A DNA stretch of 64,000 bases from Octopus vulgaris (Eukaryota), in contig OX597830.1 of NCBI GenBank assembly GCA_951406725.2, forward strand, positions 32,302,001 through 32,366,000. Direction: 5' to 3'. The notes beneath the pieces were generated by a model. The model ran no database searches, was not told the origin of the DNA, and was given only the letters and a program-made list of their open reading frames with translations. The stretch's first letter is position 1. Every line of letters starts with the position of its first letter. Of the stretch, positions 55,010 to 64,000 are shown one piece after another. The position numbers and the translations under genes are program-made.

Positions 55010-55484
55010 ACGACATTTGGCAGAATGCAAAGACTCGGGCTGCTTCCTGCACCAGTTCCGCATAGCCCCTGCCCATTCAAAGTACCTTGGATTCCAGAAC
55101 ATTCCAAGTACATGAACATCGAAATAAATATCAATGGAAATAGTAGTTGTGATACCTGTGCCAGTGGCACATAAAAATCACCATCCGAACGTGGCCGATG
55201 CCAGCGCCGCCTTGGCTGGCTTCCGTGCCAGTGGCACGTTAAAAGCACCAACCGATCGTAGCTGATGCCGGACTCCCCTGGCACCTGTGCAGGTGGCACG
55301 TAAAAAGCACCCACTACACTTGCGGAGTGGTTGGCGTTAGGAAGGGCATCCAGCTGTAGAAACTCTGCCAAATCAGACTGGAGCCTGGTGCAGCCCCTGG
55401 CTTCCCAGACCCCGGTTGAACCGTCCGACCCGTGCTAGCGCGGAAAACAGACGTTAAACGATGATGATGATGATGATGATGATG
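55010..55484 (+). mobile_element. LINE 3' UTR fragment (RTE-like) with (GAT)n tail
   Basis: GTGGTTGGCGTTAGGAAGGGCATCCAGCTGTAGAAAC...GACGTTAAACGATGATGAT; partial tails also at 37965-38010, 46635-46670, 48130-48190 and 50895-50990. Confidence 0.7.
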
Positions 55485-55690
55485 AATCTAAATGCTAAAG
55501 GGCTCAAATTTTGTTCTAGTCACCCCTACTACACCTGAACGTTGTAACTACAATTATAGGTTTGACTCAGCTTTTACTATTTATTTGCTCTAGTCATTGA
55601 ACTGTGGCCCTGCTGGGGCACTGTCAGAAAATTTGAAAGAACCTCACTGAGGCTGCCTCTGTCTTTCATCCTTTCAGGATCGATAAAATA

Positions 55691-55890
55691 TGAGGGGGTG
55701 CTGAAAAGTTCCTGGCTTTGGGCAAAAGGAAATACAGGAGGATTTTATTGAACATACTCCCCTCTCAAATTCTCACACTTTTTGCAGTGGTCCTTCAGTT
55801 TTTCTAAGCCCTATAAAAGAACTTGGAAGGTTGGGCCTCCGACCAGGCCTTTCATAATACCCTTAAATCCAGGAACTTTGCAACACCTCG
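55691..55890. mobile_element. Mariner-type MITE
   Basis: TA|TGAGGGGGTGCTGAAAAGTTCCTGGCTTT / AAATCCAGGAACTTTGCAACACCTCG TIRs. Confidence 0.75.
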
Positions 55891-58117
55891 CTTCTGAAGT
55901 ACTTGTCAGTTAGTGGGATCAATTTAATTGATTTGTTCCCTTGAAAGTAACTAGTCTTGATACCAGTAATAGACTAGTGTCCTTGGTCCCTTATACATTA
56001 CAGAAAATGGGTCTTATAAATCCCTAGGGCCCAAGTAAAATATAAGCAAAATGGATTACAACAGTAGAATAATATAATGCAATCTGATATAGTATGATGA
56101 AAATAAAGCACCAATCAAAAATAAATACCAGTAATGTATTGGGGTCAATATAATAGACTTCTAAGGTGGCAAGCTGGCAGAAATGTTAGCATGTTGGGTG
56201 AAACGCTGAGCAGTATTTCGTCTGCCTTTATGTTCTGAGTACAAATTCCACTGAGGTCAGCTTTGCCTTTCACCCTTTCAGAGTCGATAAATCAAGTACC
56301 AGTTGTGTACTGGGGTTGATCTAATTGACTGGCCTCCTCACCCCAAAATTTCAGGCCTTGTGCCTAGATTAGAAAAGAATATAATAGACATGTCACCACC
56401 ACCTCAGAATTTCTGGCCTTAGACCTTGCAGTGGATCTGTATCCGTGTTCTTTTATATTCCACAGAAACTGGGTAACTGGCCTTAAAGGTCTTTGGGCGC
56501 AACGAACACGAAAACAAAAGCAAAAGCCAACGAAACAATGTAATGTGATACAGTATGGTGAAGTGCAATAATTTAGTGCAGCTGCACAATACAGCAGCAC
56601 AGCAGTGCAATACAATGTAATGCAGTGTGATGCAAATTATGAGTGCAATGAACCATACAGTAATTATAATGATGAGAGGCAATAATATGTTTATGATTCA
56701 AGTGGGTGTTGGTCCTATGTCTGACGACTTCAGCTTGTTCCAATATTTATATATTAAATGGTTAATTGAGAAAACAGATGGCCAGCCGTTGGTGATGTTG
56801 CTTCTGTTGTTGTAGTTGTTGTTGTTGTTGGTGGTGTTGTTGTTGTTGTCATCACTATTGTGATTGTAGTTATTGATATTGTTGATACGCTTGTTGTTGT
56901 GCCTATGATTGTTGTTATTTGTCTTTTTATTGATGTTTTATTTTTCTGTGATTATTGCCTGGTTGTTATTGCTGTAGTTATTGTTGTTGTTGTTGTTGTT
57001 GTTGTTTTTGCTTTTGTAGTTAGTTTTGTATAGCTTTTTGTTTTTTTTTGCTTTTTTTTGCTTTTTTTCTTTTTCTGTCCATATCATTATTGTACTTACT
57101 GGCATTATTGATATTGTATGTATTTTGGGAATGGTGTTTAACTACATTCAGCCTTGACCAAGCAGACCTATAATCAAAGCCATTCCAATCTTGCCCATCT
57201 CTTCGTTTTGTATATGAAAGGTGTGTCTGAGACATACAAGGCTTTGGAGAGGCAGATGTGGTTGTATTAATAAGATGTTTGCTTCCCACCTATGAGGTCT
57301 CAGATTCTTATTTATTTACACACAGAGGGAACAAACAAGGACAGACAAATGGATTAAGTTGATTATATTGACCTCAGTGCGTAACTGGTACTTGTTTGAT
57401 TGACCCCGAAAGGATGAAAGGCAAAGTCGACCTCAGCGGAATTTGAACTCAGAACGTAGCGGCAGACGAAATACCACTAAGCATTTCAAGTGGCGTGCTA
57501 AACGTGTATTGACCTTTGCCTTTCTCTTGGATAACATCTCTAGCATGTAGAAAGGAAGCTGGTATACATGGGAGACTGCTGGTCTTCCATAAACAACCTT
57601 GCCCGGACTTATGCCTTAGAGGGGAACTTCTTAGATGCTATCCCATGGTCATTCATGACCAAAGGGGATCTTTACTCTTTAATCTTGCATTATTCCACAG
57701 CTTCAACATTTCAATGATGTGATTGCTTAATTTTAGAATGACATTGTAGGATAAGTGTGAGAGGTTAGATCTGGCTGGTTTGAACATAAAACAGGGCCTA
57801 AAATAACCGGTTTAAATGCTAAAAGGTTAAGGGAGATTTGGTTGCTATTTCCAGCCTGTTAAATGACCACATAAAGTCCACCTCGTTAGCTCAAGATGCC
57901 TGGGTGTGGTTTAAGTGAGTGATGTCATTCATCGTTATTACTATGAGTAGCAAGAGCATTTGACAGAATATTACTTTTATGAACTTAATTAATTTTTGCT
58001 GACACAAACCATCCCGTGTTTATTCAGATTTTTGTTTATCTCTGCTTTTATTTAATTATTCATTTTTATTTTTATTTATTTATTTTTATTTTTACTCATT
58101 TACTTATTTTTCTTTTT

Positions 58118-58349
58118 GTCTTTTACTTGTTTCAGTCATTTGACTGTGGCCATGCTGGGACACTGCTTTGGAGAATTTTTAGTCAAGCAAATCGACCCCT
58201 AGACTTATTTCTAAAGTCCTAGTACTTATTCTATCAATCATTTTTGCTGAACCACTAAGTTACAAGGACGTAAACAAACCAACACCAGTGGTCAAGTGGT
58301 GATGAAGTATCAAACACCGACACAAAGACACACATACATAGATATATAC

Positions 58350-58392
<43 letters not shown>

Positions 58393-58700
58393 GATTCTTT
58401 CAGTTTCTTATTTCTTTATTGCCCACGAGGGACTAAACATAGAGGGGACAAACAAGGACAGACAAAGGGATTAAGTCGATTACATCAACCCCAGTGCGTA
58501 ACTGGTACTCATTTAATCAACCCCGAAAGGGATGAAAGACAAAGTCAACCTCGGTGGAATTTGAACTCAGAATGTAGTAGCAGACGAAATACCGCTAAGC
58601 ATTTCAGCTGGCGTGCTAACGTTTCTGCCAGCTTGCCGCCTTCTTTCAGTTTCTGTCTACCAAATTTACTCACAAGGTTTTAGTTAGCCTAAGGCTACAG
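58118..58700 (-). mobile_element. SINE family A with nested SINE family B (58409-58640) and 14-bp TSD
   Basis: TTCTTTCAGTTTCT duplicated at 58395-58408 and 58641-58654. Confidence 0.85.
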
Positions 58701-59039
58701 AATTGATTTGATTTGATCTACTCTCAGCTTATGAGCTGTGGCCATGCTGGGGCACCGCCATTTATTATCTATTTTCATTTATTTATTTATTTGCTAATTA
58801 ATAGATTTGTTGGTTTTCTTGCTTTCCATCTTTAGGCCTTGGAGGAATCAACATAAACTTAAATAATAAACCATGATATGGCGAGGGATTACTGTATACA
58901 ACATGAAACTGGGAAAGCAACCCTTGTGAGTTAGCATGATTCGAGAGGTTAACCTTACCTTATTTACCTTACCATCAGCTCATCACCAAGATGGCAGTCC
59001 CATCCTCTGACTATTCTCTGTCTAGGTAAACAATCAACT

Positions 59040-59590
59040 TGTTATGACACCAACTAGAAGAAATCAGATTGCCCAATATCAGAATGGACTCCTGCTTGCC
59101 CCTCAACCAATGAGAATTCATCTTATGTCACTGATGTCATCTTGGAGAATGCAAAGGGGCTGGCATGGGACCATCAGTGACAGGGGATATTGGTGGACCT
59201 GGTTGCTTCTTTGCACTATAATGCCTCTGGGACCACTCACCGGGGATGACCTTAGTTGGATCAAGCAAGAACATGAGTGGATGAGTGAGTGAGTAAGTGA
59301 GTGAGTGAGTGAGCGAGTGAGCGGATACGTGAATGTAAGTGAGTGAAGGAATCAGTGAGTGAATGAGTGAGTGAATGAGTGAAAGTGATTGAGTGAGAGG
59401 ATAAGTGAATGAGTGAGTGAGCAAGTGAGTGAGTCGGTGAGTGAATGAGTGATTGAGTGAGTGTGTGAATGAGTGGATGGATGAGTGAATGAGTGAGTGA
59501 GTGAGTGAGTGACTGAGTGAGTGAGTGAGTGAGTGAATGAGAGAGTGAGTGAATGATTAAGTAAGTGAGTGAGTGAGTGAGTGAGTGAGC
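59040..59590 (+). repeat. Probable LINE 3' fragment followed by (GAGT)n tract
   Basis: GACAGGGGATATTGGTGGACCTGGTTG resembles the RTE C-terminal DR..W..LV motif across a frameshift; (GAGT)n at 59275-59590. Confidence 0.45.
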
Positions 59591-60160
59591 GATTGTGACT
59601 TTAAGTTCAATATGAGTTCAGCTTTACCTTTCATACTTCCAGTGTCTATGGCAAAAGATGTTTAGCAGTGGACAAGGTTGAGAGTATTGAGAACAAACAC
59701 ATTCCTCTTTGGTCAAGCCCTCATCGACTTTCTTAAGTTGCACTTGAAAAGAAAAGTAAAGATGGAGCAGAAAGTGCTTTCATCCAATGAATTTATCAAA
59801 AGGTAGGTGATTGTGGCATGAATTGGTAGGGAGAATAGACCTACTCTAAGTTTGCACCTGTATATTGGAAAACATCTGTAGGAAAGCTTTTATGCTCTTA
59901 TTCGTCAGGCAGATCTTGGATCTGTTGGGTTCCTTGACTGGTCCTAGCTAGGGATTCCCCTGTATCAAAAGAACTGCATAATAGATTTGTTCCCCCTTCT
60001 GTATGCTATATATACTTTTATCACATTCACAACTCCTCTCCCTTTCTTCTTATCTTTATATAAACCCTCACACAAATCATAAACTGTCCTTGCAACATCC
60101 GTCTCATCTGATATCCTTGTAAAGGTAGTGAAAACAGCAATACAACTAAACAAAAAAAAG

Positions 60161-60264
60161 ACCCCGAGTAACTAGATAATTTAAGAATACAACTACAAAA
60201 ACCCCTAGTAACCAGAGAATTTAAGAATACAACTACAAAGGCCCCTAGTAACCAGAGAATTTAA
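60161..60264. repeat. 40-bp tandem repeat, 2.6 copies
   Basis: ACCCCTAGTAACCAGAGAATTTAAGAATACAACTACAAAA units at 60161, 60201 and 60241. Confidence 0.9.
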
Positions 60265-60959
60265 AGTAAGTTAGAAACCTGAGAGTTCCCAGATTCCAAG
60301 TTCAAATTTCAGCATTTACTAATTTCTCTTTCATCTCTTCTAGAATGGGAACAAGAGAACCTTTGGAAAGGAGGAGGCTGCTCAATGAAAATAAGTACTG
60401 GTCAAGTACTGAAGAGAAGAAGGTGGGGGGGAAGAGAGGTGAGACTGGATGGAGGGGGTGGTGTGTTAATTCTGCATTTCTCCCCAAAAAAACCAAAAAC
60501 AAAAAAAAAACAGGAAAAAAAAAGGAGTCTTTGGAACCATATTCCGAGTGAAAATTATTACTTTTTTTTTTTTTCCTTTTTTTTTTCTTTTTCTTTTTCT
60601 GTTTCTTTCTGTTTTTAACGTTCTCCGGTGTCTGGTAGATGTAAGTTTGGTTGTTGGTGGTCGAGAAATGATGAGGTCATGATTAGGAAACATTCAGCGA
60701 CAAGATTTGTTTATTTCGGTGCAGCTTCGACCCTCACTCCACCTCCTTTATATCAGTAATAGCAGAGTCGGAGAAGCAATTAACTGTTTGCTGTGGCTGT
60801 TTGATGTGTTCAAGGAAATGGCTGCTGGCTTGATAAATGGGTTGAACGGTCATGATTGGCTGAGGGGGGGAGGAGAAGGTGGAAGGGCGCTTGCGTGGAG
60901 GGGGGGAGGTTGAGGCCCTGGTGGATGGAAAGGGAGGCACAGCTGTTGCTACAGTGTAT

Positions 60960-61068
60960 ATACATAGATGTATAAACAAGAAATCATGAGGCAATTTATA
61001 GGTGTGTCCGTATATGTATGTATATATATATATATGTGTGTGTATAAATACATACATATATATATATG

Positions 61069-61115
<47 letters not shown>

Positions 61116-61204
61116 ATTTTTATATGTACATATATATATACATATGCATTCATGTAAATATATAGATATATATGTATGTTTGTATGTATGTAAGTATATA
61201 TACA

Positions 61205-61256
<52 letters not shown>

Positions 61257-61370
61257 TATATAAATATACATATATACATATATATATAAACATATATCCA
61301 CACATATAGTGACTCATAGGAACATATATATACATACATATATATATATATATATATACACATACATATA

Positions 61371-61401
<31 letters not shown>

Positions 61402-61476
61402 ATACACACACATATATATATATACTTATATATAAATTTGTATGTCTATACATGTAGGTGTGGATGTATATATATG

Positions 61477-61511
<35 letters not shown>

Positions 61512-62060
61512 CCATATTCACGCACACATACACATACATACTTGCATGCAAACATATATACATACATAGACACATGGTGTGTGCACATTTGTGTGTATAC
61601 GAAATTTACTTATATATACATGACATAAATGTATGTGGAAATAGACGCGTGTGCATATATGTGTGTGTGTGTGTGTGTGTTCAGGAGTATATATTAATTT
61701 AATCTTTCTAATCAAGGTAAAATGCGAGTTGTGAATCCTTTCATCTCGAATGTTTAGTAGAGTATGCGTGGAATGGCGTATTAGGTGTGTATGCATATAT
61801 ATATGGGTGTATATATATATATATATACTTATGTATTATGTAAGTATGTATCTATCTATATGAATGTATGTATGTGTGGTGGGGTAGCCTGTGTATGAGC
61901 ACATGTGTGTGTGTGTGTGTGTGTGTGTGCGGGCGCATGTGTGTGTGTGTGTGTGATGTAAGGGTGGCTGGAAGGTAACGTTAATGAGTGAGTGAGACAG
62001 AATCAGAGAAAGAGAGTATGTGTGAGTATATAAACACTTATAGCTATGTATGTATATATA

Positions 62061-62106
<46 letters not shown>

Positions 62107-62459
62107 TGTGTATGTATAATGGTGTATATATGTGTGCACATAAACATTTATAATACGTATATAAATGTGTATGAACGTCTATATGTGTGAGTATGTGTAT
62201 GATTATCTGTATGTTTATATATCTATATATGTGTGTATATGCATGTACAAAGGTATGAGTCTGAGTGTATGTATGTGTATGTGTGTATGTGTGCGTGAAA
62301 GTGTGTGTGTGTGTGTGTGTGTGTGCATATGTGTGTATCTACATGTGTATGTGTGTGTGTGTATGAAAGTGTGTATATGTATGTGTGTGTGTGTGTTTAC
62401 GTGCACCTGTTGTTATGCATGCATATCTATGTGTATGCATGTAAATGTGTGTTTGTGTG

Positions 62460-62492
<33 letters not shown>

Positions 62493-62614
62493 TGTGTGTT
62501 GTGTATGTGTGTGTTGGTTCAGAAATCAACTGAGAAGAAAGGGAATCAAAGAGATAGAGAGAGGGGGTAGGGAAACGGGAGAGAGAAAAATAGTAAAAGT
62601 TACAGTTAGGGAGC

Positions 62615-62652
<38 letters not shown>

Positions 62653-62988
62653 AGAGAGGGAGGAAAGAGAGCCACAGAAACTGAGAGAGGGAGATTTAGC
62701 ATTAAACAAAGATATATATGAGAAAGAAGATAAGTTTTTAAATGAATAGATGGAGAGTGAGAGGCAAAGGGAAATAGAGAGAGAAAGAGAGAAAGGGTAG
62801 ATGTATGACAGAAAGAGAGAGAGAGAGAATAAGAGAGAGAGAGAGAGAGAGAAAGGGTAGATGTATGACAGAAAGAGAGAGAGAGAGTGAGACAAAAAGA
62901 CAAGCTGACAGACAGACAGAAAAACAGAGACAGACAGAAAGGCAGACAGATAGACAGACAGACAGAAAGACAGACAGATAGACAGATT

Positions 62989-63058
<70 letters not shown>

Positions 63059-63462
63059 CAGGCAGATAGATAGAAAGGCAGACAAATATACAGACAGACA
63101 GAGAGATAGACAGAAAGAAAGACAGACAGATAGACAGATAGATTGATAGACAGACAGATAGAGAGATAGACAGACAGATAGATAGACAGACAGGCAAATA
63201 GACAGACACTGGAACAGTGGGAGAGAAAATGTGATGAAGAGATTTTGTAAATGATGAGAGAGGGAGAGAGTGAAGCAGAGAGAAGGTGAGAGAAGGAGGA
63301 TGGAAGGTGGAAAGTTAGAGCGAGAATGTAGGAGAGAGATTGATAGACATGAAACAAAAAGGAAGGAAGAGGTGTACACAGGTTCAAATAAAGGAGAGAA
63401 AAATAACCTCTGTGATGTGGAGAACAGAATCGGTAAATAATGAAAAAGAGGAGGAGAGACAA

Positions 63463-63501
<39 letters not shown>

Positions 63502-63530
63502 CACGCGTGTGTGTGTGTGTGTGTGTATTA
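60960..63530. repeat. Compound (TA)/(TG)/(GA)/(GATA)/(GACA) microsatellite region
   Basis: Direct inspection. Confidence 0.88.
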
Positions 63531-63534
63531 TATA

Positions 63535-64000
63535 GGCGCAGGTATGGCTGTGTAGTAAGAAGCGAGCTGGCAGAAACGGTAGCACACCGGGCGAAATGCT
63601 TAGCTGGTATTTCATCTGCCGCTATATTCTGAGTTCAAATTCTGCCAAGGTCAACTTTGCCTTTCATCCTTTCGGGGTCGATTAAACAAGTACCAATTAC
63701 GCACTGGGGTCGATGTAATCAACTTAATCCGTTTGTCTGTCTGTCCTTGTTTGTCCCCTCTGTGTTTAGCCCCTTGAGGGCAATAAAGAAATAGGTATTT
63801 TGTCTGCCTCTACGTTTTGAGTTCAAATTCTGCCGAGGTCGACTTTGCCTTTCATCCTTTCGGGGTCGATTAAACAAGTACCAGTTACGCACTGGCGTCG
63901 ATGTAATCGACTTTATCCGTTTGTCTGTCTGTCCTTGTTTGTCCCCTCTATGTTTAGCCCCTTGTGGGCAATAAAGAAATAAGAAACAATAGCACACCGG
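63535..64000 (+). mobile_element. SINE A head followed by a head-to-tail tandem array of SINE family B
   Basis: A head at 63535-63562; B units at about 63563-63793 and 63794-63987; a third begins at AGAAACAATAGCACACCGG. Confidence 0.82.

Noticed and set aside
59620-60150. Possible minus-strand CR1/L2 LINE remnant
   Set aside because: Only vague motif similarity; not supportable without a search.
60161-60264. Regular 40-bp repeats as a possible CRISPR array
   Set aside because: Contiguous tandem units with no unique spacers, no cas genes, eukaryotic context.

Overview
Eukaryotic, AT-rich, extremely microsatellite- and TE-dense DNA. The SINE families and (TA)/(CA)/(AAT)/(CAT) tracts look like a coleoid cephalopod (Octopus-like) intron or intergenic region; this assignment is inference. 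No intact host protein-coding gene, tRNA, rRNA or CRISPR array is supportable, and nearly all listed ORFs are simple-repeat artefacts. Recognisable content: a nest of decayed DNA transposons in the first 3 kb (rosa-like, mariner, Tc1, a foldback MITE, Helitron), a Penelope-like element (RT + GIY-YIG) and a second Naiad-like PLE relic, R4/Dong-like RLE LINE relics in (TAA)n, Helitrons/Helentron and many tRNA-derived SINEs. Most notable: (1) several short non-coding elements in TA microsatellites carry minimal type I hammerhead ribozyme motifs, one with an intact core at 22419-22507 and one four-copy family in which most copies have U instead of A at core position 6; (2) a ~5.3-kb inversion with inverted-duplicated breakpoints that splits one repeat in two; (3) several long foldback structures.
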